In this document: one piece after another, positions 46,523-57,841 of the stretch
How the letters are laid out: every line of letters starts with the position of its first letter
Numbering within the stretch: position 1 is the first letter of the stretch
Notes under the pieces: model-generated
Database searches by the model: none
What the model saw: only the letters and a program-made list of their open reading frames with translations
What the model was told of the DNA's origin: nothing
Assembly (NCBI GenBank): GCA_041601615.1
Contig: JBFIHX010000001.1
Span: 160,001 to 224,000 of the forward strand
Origin: Thermoplasmatota archaeon
GTDB lineage: Archaea > Thermoplasmatota > E2 > JACPAO01 > JAHFTW01
Direction of reading: 5' to 3'
Length of the DNA: 64,000 bases
Program-made: the position numbers and the translations under genes

Positions 46523-48900
46523 CGCTCCAAGTTGCTAGCTGGGAATCCAAGGTCCAGAAATTGGACGTCGCTTTCCCGCTTCGTCGCTTCCGCTTGCAAG
46601 ACATGACGGACGCGGAATTGCTGGCATGCAGCCAAGCCATGAGCATCGGCCTCAGTCTCGATGAAATGCAGGCTGCCCGCGACCACTTCCTGAGCCGCGA
46701 TGGCGAGGACAACCCCACCGATGTGGAACTCGAAGCGCTCGGCCAAGCGTGGTCGGAGCACTGCTGCTACAAGTCCAGTAAGCCGGTGCTGAAAGCAAAC
46801 GTCTATGGTATTGCCGAGCACAAAATCGCCGCGCGCGAAGACGCCGGCATCGTCGAATTCGACGACGAGCACTACTACGCCGTGGGACTGGAATCCCACA
46901 ACCACCCGAGCGCCATCGAACCATACGGCGGAGCCGCGACGGGCGTCGGCGGCATCCTGCGCGACGTTGTCTGCATGGGCGCGCAACCTGTGGCCCTCTT
47001 GGATCCTCTGTTCTTTGGCCCCTTGGACATGGCGCACGAAGCGCTCCCTCCTGGCGTCAAGCACCCCCGGTTCATCCTGGGCGGCGTCGTTAGCGGCATT
47101 CGCGACTACGGCAACCGCGTCGGCATCCCGACCCTGGCCGGCGGCATCACCTTCCACCCGGGCTACACCGGCAACTGCCTCGTCAACGTCGGCTGTGTTG
47201 GCGTGGTTCGCAAGGACGAACTGATTCACTCCAAGGCGGGCGGTGTTGGCGACGTATTCGTGTACATCGGAAATGCCACGGGCCGCGACGGCATCCACGG
47301 CGTCGCCTTTGCCTCGGAGGAGCTCTCGGAAGACTCTGAGGACTCCGGACGATCGGCCGTGCAAGTGGGCGATGCGATTCTCAAGGAACCGCTCACCCAC
47401 GTAACGCTCGAAGTGATCCGCGAAGGCCTTGCGACAGGCTGCAAGGACTTTGGCGGCGGCGGCCTGAGTTGCGTCGCGGGCGAACTCGCGTACGACGCGG
47501 GCTTCGGCTGCCACATCGAGCTCGAAAAGATTCCCACTAAGGTCCCCGGCATGGCGCCGTGGGAAATCTGGGTCAGCGAATCCCAAGAACGCATGATGGT
47601 GACGGCGAAAGCCGAAAACGTCCCGCGCATCCTGCAAATTGCAGCCAAGTGGGACGTGCCGGCGTTTGCCGTGGGCACTGTCATCCCTGAGAAAATCAAC
47701 CACGTCACGTTCCACGACGAGACCGTTTTGAAGCTGGATCTCGAATTCAGCACCGGCGGCCCCGTCTACGACCGCCCGGCCACGCCTCGCACCGTGGTGC
47801 GCGAGGCGACGCCTGCGTTTTCGGAACCCACCGATTACGAGCAAACCCTCCGAGCGCTGCTTCGGCACCCGGCCGTCATGAGCAAAGAATGGGTCATTCG
47901 CCAGTATGACCACGAGGTACGCGCCAACACCGTCCTGAAGCCGTTGCAAGGCGCACTTGGCATGGAAGGACCCGGAGACGCCGCGGTCCTGAAGCCTGTG
48001 CACGAAAGCGACAAGGCAATGGCGCTGTGCTCCGACGTCAATCCGTTCTACACCGAGCAAGACCCGTACTGGGGCAGTGCCTCCGCCATCGACGAAACCG
48101 TGCGAAACCTCGCCGCCGTCGGCGCCCGCGTCAGTTCCGTCTGCGACAACCTCAACTTCGGCAACCCGCAGAAACCCGAGCGCATGTGGGAACTGTACGA
48201 ATGCACCCGGGGACTTGGCGACATGGCTCGCGCTCTCGACGTGCCCTTCAGCAGCGGCAACGTCAGCCTCTACAACGAGACCCCCACGCGCCCGATTCCC
48301 CCCACGCCCACCATCATGGGCGTTGGAATCCTTAGCCACTTCCAACACGCCACCTCGCTCGACCTCAAGTCGGCCGGCGACCGGCTCTACTTGCTCGGTG
48401 AGACCCGCGACGAGTTCGGTGCCAGCATCTACCTGCAACACCTTGGACTTGCAGGCGGCTCCGTTCCCACCACCGATGCCGGCATCCTGATGCAAAGCGC
48501 CGAAGCCGTGGTCTCTGCGATTGAAGCCGGCTTTGTTCGCGCCGCGCACGACTGCTCGGAAGGCGGCGTTGCGGTGGCCGTAACGGAAATGGCCTTCGCG
48601 GGCGGCCTCGGCTGCACCGTGGACCTACAAGCAATCGCCCCAGGCCTGCGCTCGGATCTCAAGGCGTTCTCCGAGAGCAACACCCGATGGATCCTCGAAG
48701 TTCCAGCCTCCAAGGTCGAAGCGTTCGAAGCGCACATGCAAACCGCCGGTCTTGCCGGCCGCCTCTTCGACATCGGCTCCGTCACCGCCGACAACGTGCA
48801 AATCTACGACGCCGACCGCAAACTCGTGGACGCCGACAGCGCCAGCCTGCGCCGCGAGTGGGCCGAAGCGATGCCCAACCTCATGGGGGTAGCCGCATGA
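46519..48900 (+). CDS. purL: FGAM synthase subunit PurL
   Basis: WSEHC, ESHNHPS, GAATGVGG, SESQERM and QYDHEV motifs. Confidence 0.97.
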   Translation: MTLQVASWESKVQKLDVAFPLRRFRLQDMTDAELLACSQAMSIGLSLDEMQAARDHFLSRDGEDNPTDVELEALGQAWSEHCCYKSSKPVLKANVYGIAEHKIAAREDAGIVEFDDEHYYAVGLESHNHPSAIEPYGGAATGVGGILRDVVCMGAQPVALLDPLFFGPLDMAHEALPPGVKHPRFILGGVVSGIRDYGNRVGIPTLAGGITFHPGYTGNCLVNVGCVGVVRKDELIHSKAGGVGDVFVYIGNATGRDGIHGVAFASEELSEDSEDSGRSAVQVGDAILKEPLTHVTLEVIREGLATGCKDFGGGGLSCVAGELAYDAGFGCHIELEKIPTKVPGMAPWEIWVSESQERMMVTAKAENVPRILQIAAKWDVPAFAVGTVIPEKINHVTFHDETVLKLDLEFSTGGPVYDRPATPRTVVREATPAFSEPTDYEQTLRALLRHPAVMSKEWVIRQYDHEVRANTVLKPLQGALGMEGPGDAAVLKPVHESDKAMALCSDVNPFYTEQDPYWGSASAIDETVRNLAAVGARVSSVCDNLNFGNPQKPERMWELYECTRGLGDMARALDVPFSSGNVSLYNETPTRPIPPTPTIMGVGILSHFQHATSLDLKSAGDRLYLLGETRDEFGASIYLQHLGLAGGSVPTTDAGILMQSAEAVVSAIEAGFVRAAHDCSEGGVAVAVTEMAFAGGLGCTVDLQAIAPGLRSDLKAFSESNTRWILEVPASKVEAFEAHMQTAGLAGRLFDIGSVTADNVQIYDADRKLVDADSASLRREWAEAMPNLMGVAA

Positions 48901-49745
48901 ACAAGAAGGACATCAAGTGGGCCGTGCTCCGCATCGAGGGCACCAACAGCGAAGACGAATCGGCGCAAGTGATGCGCGAAGTGGGCGTCCAATCCGAGAT
49001 CGTCCACTTGAAGCAATTCACCGGCGACGACGTGGCCGACCACGAAAAACGCAACCTCGCCGACTTCGACGGCCTCTGGATCGCCGGCGGCTTCAGTGCT
49101 GGCGACTACATTCGCGCCGGCGCCATCCTCGCTGCTCGCGTCAAGAGCCGCCTCGGGGACGACCTCTCGGCCTTCGTGGACGCAGGCAAACCGATTCTGG
49201 GCATTTGCAATGGATTCCAAATCATGGTCGAAACGGGCCTCCTGCCCAACCTCGACCCCGGCCGCGCCTTCACCCAAGCGCCCACCGCGGCCCTGCACCT
49301 CAATGACTCCGGGCACTACGAATGCCGCCCCAGCTTGCTTCGCCACGTCAACCGAGGCAACTGCAAGTTCACCAGCGGCATCCCCCACAACGAAGTGCGC
49401 ACGGTCATCAGCAGCCACGCCGAGGGCAAATTCCTCCTAGCCGACGAGCGCGACTACCAACGCCTCCTCGACCAGGATCAACTCGTGTTCACCTACACGG
49501 ACCCCAATGGCGCCGACGAACCCAGCTACCCCTGGTCACCCAATGGAGCAACACACGCCATCGCAGGCGTGTGCAACCCCGAAGGCACCGTCTTTGGCAT
49601 GATGCCGCACCCGGAACGCGTGTTTTGGCGCCGCAACCACCCCGACTGGACCCGCACAGGCCTCGATGCTGGACTCGGGCACGACGTGGGCGACGGGCGC
49701 GCAATCTTCGAGAGCATCGTCGACTACCAAGTGCGCAAGCTGTAA
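48897..49745 (+). CDS. purQ: FGAM synthase glutaminase subunit PurQ
   Basis: GGFSAGD, GICNGFQ and GMMPHPER motifs. Confidence 0.96.
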   Translation: MNKKDIKWAVLRIEGTNSEDESAQVMREVGVQSEIVHLKQFTGDDVADHEKRNLADFDGLWIAGGFSAGDYIRAGAILAARVKSRLGDDLSAFVDAGKPILGICNGFQIMVETGLLPNLDPGRAFTQAPTAALHLNDSGHYECRPSLLRHVNRGNCKFTSGIPHNEVRTVISSHAEGKFLLADERDYQRLLDQDQLVFTYTDPNGADEPSYPWSPNGATHAIAGVCNPEGTVFGMMPHPERVFWRRNHPDWTRTGLDAGLGHDVGDGRAIFESIVDYQVRKL

Positions 49746-49779
49746 GCGACCCATCGAACGGTCGGCGTGCCAGCGGAGC

Positions 49780-50535
49780 CTAGGCCAGGAGCTCACCAAT
49801 CACGGCGTCCAGGTTGCCAAGGTTGGCCTGGACCGCCTTTCCCGTGTCTCCAAACACAAAGAACGTCGGCGTGCCTCGAACTCCATTGTCGTCGCCCTTG
49901 CGGTAGTCGGAGCTGACGAGGCGACTGGTTTCTTTGCCGTCGAAGCAGGAAGCCAATGCGTCCGCGTCCAAACCGTCGCTTGTGGCAAGTTGGTCGAGGT
50001 ATCCGCCATAGTCGGGACTCGCGTAGATGTCGCTGCGCGCGTACAACGACTCGGTAAGGCTCCAGAACGCATCCGGGCCCCCGACGCGATGGGCGCATTC
50101 CTGGGCAATGCTTCCCTCCAGGTCCGTGGCGTGGCCAATGGATGCCTGAACATAGTAGTACACCACATTGCCCGTGTCGATGTGCCGCGCCTTGAGGTCC
50201 GGCAACATACTGCGATGGAAGCTCTGGCAACTGGAGCAATGCGGTGACTCGAAGCCCACGAGCACCACCGGCGCATCCGGGTCCCCCATCAACGGATCGT
50301 CGGCAAGCCCAAAGCGGGCAAAATTGGCGGCCCGAGTCTCGGCAGGATCGTCACCTGCGACAAACACGAGGTATCCGACGGCCGCGACCGCAAGCAGGGC
50401 AATACCAGCCACGAGCACCGTTCTTCGCGGATTGTGGTTCGAGGCGCCACCATGTTCCCGCTCCAAGTGCTTGTGAAGCTTTGCTGGGTTCGTGAATGTG
50501 GCATCGCAGCGCTTGCAGTCGTGGCTCCCGGGCAC
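49780..50535 (-). CDS. DsbA-family thiol-disulfide oxidoreductase with N-terminal C2H2 zinc finger
   Basis: CKRC-x12-H-x4-H, TM helix, GDPDAPV, CSSC and GVRGTPTF; GTG start inferred. Confidence 0.88.
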   Translation of the reverse strand: MPGSHDCKRCDATFTNPAKLHKHLEREHGGASNHNPRRTVLVAGIALLAVAAVGYLVFVAGDDPAETRAANFARFGLADDPLMGDPDAPVVLVGFESPHCSSCQSFHRSMLPDLKARHIDTGNVVYYYVQASIGHATDLEGSIAQECAHRVGGPDAFWSLTESLYARSDIYASPDYGGYLDQLATSDGLDADALASCFDGKETSRLVSSDYRKGDDNGVRGTPTFFVFGDTGKAVQANLGNLDAVIGELLA

Positions 50536-50789
50536 ACGGGCCACTTGGGCGTGGACAATTGGGGTTTTGGGTCGGCAACGGGAGCGACCAAGCGCATCCA
50601 GGGGGGCAACTACAGCATCAAAAGGGGCAAGAGTGCCAGCGTGGTCGCGGCGATGATCCAACCAAGGACTCGATCCTGCACGTCCCCCCTTTTGCCACCA
50701 TTGCGGGCAGCATTTCTGGTGAACGCCCGGAAGCTTCCGGCGGCTCGTTTCGTAAGCATTGAAGAGCGATGCCGGTCTCGGCGCCGGCC

Positions 50790-51338
50790 ATGAGCAAGGA
50801 TGACGCGGCCGAGGCGACGGCCCCGGACGCAGAAACCGCGCCCAGTGCACAGTCGACCGACGACGCAGGGCACGACCTAGAGCAAAAACTCGAGGGACTG
50901 GAAGACGAGGCCCGCGACCTTCGCGACCGCCTCGCCCGCGCCCGCGCCGACTACGAAAACCTGCAAAAGCGCCAGGCCCGAGACGCGGCCTTGGAACGCG
51001 AACGCGTCAAAGCCCGATTCTTGGAAGGCTTCCTGCAAGTCTACGAATACGCAAACATGGCCGGCGCCGAAGCCGAACGCACCCCAGGACCCCTATCGCA
51101 GGGAGTCTTGATGGTCGTCCAGCAATTTCGCACACTCCTACAAGACGAAGGCGTGCTCGAATCAGGCACCATCGGCGAACCATTCGACGCAGCACGGCAC
51201 GAGGCCGTCGGCGAAGAAGCCGTGGACGGCGTGGCACCAGGATGTGTGGCCCGAGTGGTGCGATCCGGGTACTTGCTCGGTGACCGAGTGCTGCGGTACG
51301 CACAGGTCGTGGTGGCGCCCCAGGAAGCAGAAGAATAG
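50790..51338 (+). CDS. grpE: nucleotide exchange factor GrpE
   Basis: RARADYENLQKR, GEPFD-x3-HEAV and GYLLGDRVLRYAQVVV motifs. Confidence 0.95.
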   Translation: MSKDDAAEATAPDAETAPSAQSTDDAGHDLEQKLEGLEDEARDLRDRLARARADYENLQKRQARDAALERERVKARFLEGFLQVYEYANMAGAEAERTPGPLSQGVLMVVQQFRTLLQDEGVLESGTIGEPFDAARHEAVGEEAVDGVAPGCVARVVRSGYLLGDRVLRYAQVVVAPQEAEE

Positions 51339-51641
51339 GGCTGCCAATGACCCAAATGGGGCAGGCGTAGTGGCGGCGCGCAGCGGGTCCGTGTATGTGA
51401 ATCACCCCTTCAAGCCAACCGCAGCAGATAGCGACCACAGCGACGAACCCGCGCCTTCTGAGATGCGCACCGCATCGACAAACGCTCCCGCCGAGGTCGG
51501 CAGCAAGTTGGGTTGGATTTCCTGACCTGGATTGCCCAAGCTATCCGAGAGCCTTTCGCCCCGATCGTGGTGATGCAAAAATCCAACACAGACACAATAT
51601 TTATTTTGTTTGAAAGAAAGGAAGAGGTGCTTTGGACAGTC

Positions 51642-51836
51642 CTATGGATCCGTAATGTGTTCGATGCAGTCCGTGTGGAAGTGAGGGTTGCTGATCGTCG
51701 GTGCCTGGATGGGATTTGTGTGGATTGTGACGCCATGGAGTGAACATCCCCCATCTGAAGGTCCGGCTGCCACACCAGGGGCAACGATCAAGCCGATTGC
51801 GAGTATTCCGATCAGGACGAGAGTTTTGGAGTTCAT
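51642..51836 (-). CDS. small secreted two-Cys peptide (64 aa)
   Basis: Signal peptide MNSKTLVLIGILAIGLIVAPGVAA; AT-rich TATA (TTATATA) upstream. Confidence 0.75.
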   Translation of the reverse strand: MNSKTLVLIGILAIGLIVAPGVAAGPSDGGCSLHGVTIHTNPIQAPTISNPHFHTDCIEHITDP

Positions 51837-52013
51837 GGTTCTAACCTGCCATTGTAGGCGTGTTGGCATAAAGAGGCAAATATATAATTATTTCGGCACC
51901 ATGGGGACACCAAAGGAAGTTAGATGGATATGAAACATGCCGGATTGCACCTCATTGGCGGCTAAACGTGTAACCTGAAAGATTGCTGTCGCTATGTCTT
52001 GACAATCGCATCG

Positions 52014-52286
52014 CTTCACGCCCCCCGAGGGTTGGCAGTTCACGGTCGACGGCGCCCCCGTGGTGCCTTCAAGCTAGATTCCGTAGGGCCCGGCCCCGGC
52101 CCCGCCCGTCCCCGTCTGCGGTGTCCCGAACCCGGTTCACGGCGGCGACATGTGCATCAAGGGCGTCGGCTTGACTCTGAGCCAGGACTTCGAGATTTTC
52201 TCGCACGTCACGTTCCACTTCACGCCCCCCGAAGGCTGGCAATTCACCAACGATGGCGCCCCCATCGTCCCTTCCAGCTAGAATCC
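52014..52286 (+). pseudogene. two orphan copies of one gene 3' end (diverged 69-bp direct repeat)
   Basis: 52014-52082 encodes FTPPEGWQFTVDGAPVVPSS-stop and 52218-52286 encodes FTPPEGWQFTNDGAPIVPSS-stop; same frame, 204 bp apart. Confidence 0.75.
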
Positions 52287-52736
52287 TGACGGGGCCAGCG
52301 TGCCGCCGGCATCGGATCTGCTGCGTTCCGCGCCCTCAGGCACGGCCAGGGCAAGTAGATTGGCGACCAAATCCGTCAAGTGGTTCCGGTCCACCGGTTT
52401 TTCCAGCACGCCATCCAGCGGCGTCTCCTCAGCGCGAGCAGACGCCGGCAACTGCGTGAAGCCACTGGAAAGCACAAACCGCGTCGACGCCGATAGGGGC
52501 CTCGATCGCCGCACCAATTCCATACCGTCTATGCCAGGTAGTCGGTAATCCGTGATGACCACGCTGGGAGAACGCTCCGCTAGGGCTGCCAAACAAGCCT
52601 CTGCGGAAGCAAAAGCGACCACTTCCACCGAGGGGAATGCTTGGTCCAACACATGCGAGAGAAGGAACCGGGAGCTTTCGCAATCGTCTACGATGAAAAT
52701 GCAGGAGCGCCGAAATCCTTGGCCAGGGGCTTGCAT
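52278..52736 (-). CDS. single-domain response regulator (REC)
   Basis: IVDD, phospho-Asp in ITDYRLPGIDG, SG and EKP motifs. Confidence 0.9.
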   Translation of the reverse strand: MQAPGQGFRRSCIFIVDDCESSRFLLSHVLDQAFPSVEVVAFASAEACLAALAERSPSVVITDYRLPGIDGMELVRRSRPLSASTRFVLSSGFTQLPASARAEETPLDGVLEKPVDRNHLTDLVANLLALAVPEGAERSRSDAGGTLAPSGF

Positions 52737-52870
52737 CTTGCCTCAAGAAGCGGGCGGCTACGCTTGAAACTGTTTCGCTGAATTGTCTGGGACGGGCCGT
52801 TTTGACTCGGGGCGTCGAGGGCGAAGCGGGGCTTCCGAGAACCATTTTTTCACCCGACTAGACCGTCGCT

Positions 52871-52909
52871 TTCTTATAGAAGCCCTAACTCGCTCGGCTC
52901 CACAGGTGA
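52871..52909 (+). promoter_or_regulatory. dnaK TATA box and Shine-Dalgarno
   Basis: TTCTTATAGA at 52871 and AGGTGA at 52904-52909 before the ATG at 52915. Confidence 0.6.
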
Positions 52910-52914
52910 CCTCA

Positions 52915-54798
<1,884 letters not shown>

Positions 54799-54913
54799 GC
54801 CGGGCCGAGCCCGCAGCGCCTCCTAATCGACTCCAACCCGCTTCTCCCCACTCTGCCCCTTCCACTCCGTACTCTCTTAGCTCCCCCTCCGTCCATCTCT
54901 CCCACTTCCCCCT

Positions 54914-55210
54914 CTACGTCCCCTCCCTTGTCGCCGGCCCCAGCTGGTACAACTCGTCTTCTCGCGAAACGACGCCACAAGACGCCAAATTGTGCAGCAG
55001 CCGACACGCACCCACCGGCGAAATTCGCACCCACGCCACCAATTCTTCCAACGACGCCGGCCCCAAACGAAGCCGATCCACCATGAACCGAGCCTTGGAC
55101 CAATGCATCGTCCAAGACTGGACAGCTGGATCCAGACCAAAGGGTGTCAAAGCTGGTAATCGGGGTCGAGGCGAGGACCATTCGAGCGCTTCCATAACAG
55201 CCTGGACCAT
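54914..55210 (-). CDS. small winged-helix protein (IclR/TrmB-like HTH)
   Basis: GPASLEELVAWVRISPVGACRLLHNLASCGVVSREDELYQLG; start uncertain. Confidence 0.55.
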   Translation of the reverse strand: MVQAVMEALEWSSPRPRLPALTPFGLDPAVQSWTMHWSKARFMVDRLRLGPASLEELVAWVRISPVGACRLLHNLASCGVVSREDELYQLGPATREGT

Positions 55211-55488
55211 GTTGGAAGGTTGTGTTTGTTGGAGCAAACGCCGGCATGAGCCCCCTTCAAGCCCACCAACCCCGGCACCCAAGCCCATTGCACGTTCCAC
55301 GCAGCACTTCGTCGCAACCATCGGCTTCTCGTCCGGCCCCGATCTCCCCGCAGATCCTACGCAGCCAACAGGGAACCAAACGCAACACGCCATCCCCTGG
55401 AACCGCGAAACCGGCCTCCCTTTGTCCCTTTCGCCCCGCCGGCCGTAGTCGCACAGGTTATCAAAGAAACTCCGGCTTCGGCCCTCTA

Positions 55489-56118
55489 GTGGCTTCACGG
55501 CTCAGCACGGGTCTCTCAGGACTCGACGCCCAATTGGGCGGCGGACTCCCACCAGGCACAGTACACGTCTTGCTTGCGGAGCCCATGAACGCCCAGGAGT
55601 TGTTTGCCTACCACTTTGCCGTCGGCAACACCGGCACATCCCGCTGCCGCTTCGTCACCACAGACCAAGAAGTGGACGACATCAAAGCCGGCATCGAGCG
55701 CGTAGGCGGCGACCCCGCCCGCTGCGACATCCACAAAATACCCGTCAAAAAATCCTGGGACCTACCCCCACCAGCCGAAGGTGCGCGCTACGTACTGGAC
55801 AGCTTCACGTCCTGGAGCGACGAAATCGGCTGGGACGCATCCCTGGAAGCGCTGAAAAAATTGCGCGACACACTACGCGAAACCCAAGAAGTGGGCCTCA
55901 TCTCCGTCGTCAACGGCATCCACGAGCCGCACCAAATCGCCCGCCTGAAAATGTGGGCCGACGGCGTGCTCGAACTGGGCTTCGACCGCCAAGGCTTCGG
56001 CCTCTACCCCTTCCTCAAAGTGACCAAAATGCGCGGCGTGGCAGACTCCGCGAGGTTTTTGCTGTTCAAGGACACTGCAAAGGGCCTCTTCATGGAAAGC
56101 ACACGGAGGGTGTTCTAA
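55489..56118 (+). CDS. KaiC/RAD55/ArlH-like protein with degenerate Walker A
   Basis: LSTGLSGLDAQLGGGLPPG, ADGVLEL and VTKMRG; P-loop position reads AEPMNAQE. Confidence 0.85.
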   Translation: MASRLSTGLSGLDAQLGGGLPPGTVHVLLAEPMNAQELFAYHFAVGNTGTSRCRFVTTDQEVDDIKAGIERVGGDPARCDIHKIPVKKSWDLPPPAEGARYVLDSFTSWSDEIGWDASLEALKKLRDTLRETQEVGLISVVNGIHEPHQIARLKMWADGVLELGFDRQGFGLYPFLKVTKMRGVADSARFLLFKDTAKGLFMESTRRVF

Positions 56119-57291
56119 GTGCGCACTGCCCGCCGGCCGGCACACACGCAGCGCCAGCGCGTGGCACAACGATTGCGAGCATGGCGCCGCGACGACGCCG
56201 TGACGCCCGTCGTTGGCACCAGCATGATCCTCGTCATCACCGTACTTGGCATGGCGGGCGTTCTCTTCTGGGGCACCCCAACCCTGCAAGGAATCCAAGA
56301 CCGAGGAAGCCTCATCGGCATGGAAGGCGAATTCGACGAACTGCGACGCGCCAGCCTCGAACTCTCGGTTCCTGATGCCAGCCGAATTCCCTCCGTGGTA
56401 CTCGAAGGCGGCAGCCTGGACCTCGAACAAGGCAGCCGCATGCTGATTGCCATTGGACAAGACTCCGGCAACACCGACTGCGACATGCAAATCACAGGCT
56501 GGAGCACCGGCACCAGCAACAGCCTCTCCGCCGACCTCACCGGCTGCCGAAACAGCGGCGACATCCTAGGCTTGTGCGGCCTCGGATGCCTCGAAATCCA
56601 CCGCGTCACCGGCAGCAGCACCATCGAACAGACCAACATGAACTGGAACCCCGGCGCCGGCGTCAACACATACGACGCAACCTGGGACAACACCGGAACC
56701 GCACCCAACTTCGGCTCCGACGACTGGCTCGTGCGCCTAACCGATGGCGGCACAACGGTCTACGCCACTGCTTGGATTCTGGACCAAAAACGGATCACCT
56801 GGCGCCTCAGCACCAGCGTCAGCGACGTACAACTGCACTTTGAAGGCGGCGCCATCTTTGAAGTCGACAGCGGCGCCTACTTCCTCCACCGACCCGCACC
56901 CATCCGCGAGGACGCCTTTGGCAGCGAAGACTACGTTCTGCGCCTCGTGACGCTGCTTGGTGAACCAAGCGGCAGCGCCGGCCGCGGCACCCCCGAAGTG
57001 TTTCTTGGGCTCGTCGGCAACCACGTTCGAGTCAGCACCCCCAACGCCTACCAAATCCGCTACACCGTCTCGGGCGACATCTCCGAGGCCTGGTGTCAAA
57101 GCCTCAGCCTTCGCAACAATGGCCTCGTCGCCACCGCCACCACCAATCGGCACTATACCGTCGACGGCACCTGCACCAGCGCCCTTCCCAGCGTCGTCTA
57201 CGAAGTAACCGACCCCAGCGTCGGTGGCTCCCGCAAATCGTTCCCCCTCGAGTTCCTCCATGCGCGCATCACGAGCAGCATCCGTGTCTAA
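56119..57291 (+). CDS. type IV pilin-like protein
   Basis: Class III signal peptide RRDDA/VTPVVGTSMILVITV. Confidence 0.82.
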   Translation: MRTARRPAHTQRQRVAQRLRAWRRDDAVTPVVGTSMILVITVLGMAGVLFWGTPTLQGIQDRGSLIGMEGEFDELRRASLELSVPDASRIPSVVLEGGSLDLEQGSRMLIAIGQDSGNTDCDMQITGWSTGTSNSLSADLTGCRNSGDILGLCGLGCLEIHRVTGSSTIEQTNMNWNPGAGVNTYDATWDNTGTAPNFGSDDWLVRLTDGGTTVYATAWILDQKRITWRLSTSVSDVQLHFEGGAIFEVDSGAYFLHRPAPIREDAFGSEDYVLRLVTLLGEPSGSAGRGTPEVFLGLVGNHVRVSTPNAYQIRYTVSGDISEAWCQSLSLRNNGLVATATTNRHYTVDGTCTSALPSVVYEVTDPSVGGSRKSFPLEFLHARITSSIRV

Positions 57292-57841
57292 CACGAACGG
57301 CCCCCTCACCCGCCCGTGCCCCCTTCGGCCCGCCGCCAGCGCCGGCGACGACGCCGTCAGCGAAGTCATCGGACAAATCCTCATGTTCGGCATCCTCAGC
57401 ATGGTCCTGATCCTCAGCCTGCTTGGATTCAACGTCGCAAAAAGCGGAGCCGAGGACCGCGTCGCGGAATTGGAAGCCGATTCCGCAGCCCAGCGCGTGG
57501 CCGGCGTCTACATCAGCGCCAGCCTGTTTGCCGAGCAAAACGTCGACCACGAAGTGGACTACCAAAGGCTCGTCAACCTGCCCGACCGCATCCAGCAACG
57601 CGACTACAGCATCAGCATCCAAGGCGAAACCCTCACCCTCGAAATTCCCACCGCCAGCGTCACCGTCACCACTTCGCTGCTATCCGCCGGCGCGCCCGCA
57701 GAACTAGTCGTCTGCAAACAAACCAACATCCCCGGCGGCCCCCTACTGATCCGCGCCCGCACCTACCAAACAGGCGACGAACTCGCCCTCTGCACCAACC
57801 GCAGCACCGAATCCATCATCCTATTCCTGGAGTCCGCATGA
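57284..57841 (+). CDS. type IV pilin-like protein
   Basis: Class III signal peptide DDA/VSEVIGQILMFGI; GTG start inferred. Confidence 0.8.
   Translation: MSNTNGPLTRPCPLRPAASAGDDAVSEVIGQILMFGILSMVLILSLLGFNVAKSGAEDRVAELEADSAAQRVAGVYISASLFAEQNVDHEVDYQRLVNLPDRIQQRDYSISIQGETLTLEIPTASVTVTTSLLSAGAPAELVVCKQTNIPGGPLLIRARTYQTGDELALCTNRSTESIILFLESA

Noticed and set aside
46504-48549. 681-aa antisense ORF over purL
   Set aside because: Shadow frame of a GC-rich gene with no motifs; the same applies to other long antisense ORFs in the track
52014-52286. DGR template/variable repeat pair
   Set aside because: Differences are mostly synonymous, not adenine-specific, and no reverse transcriptase is present in the window
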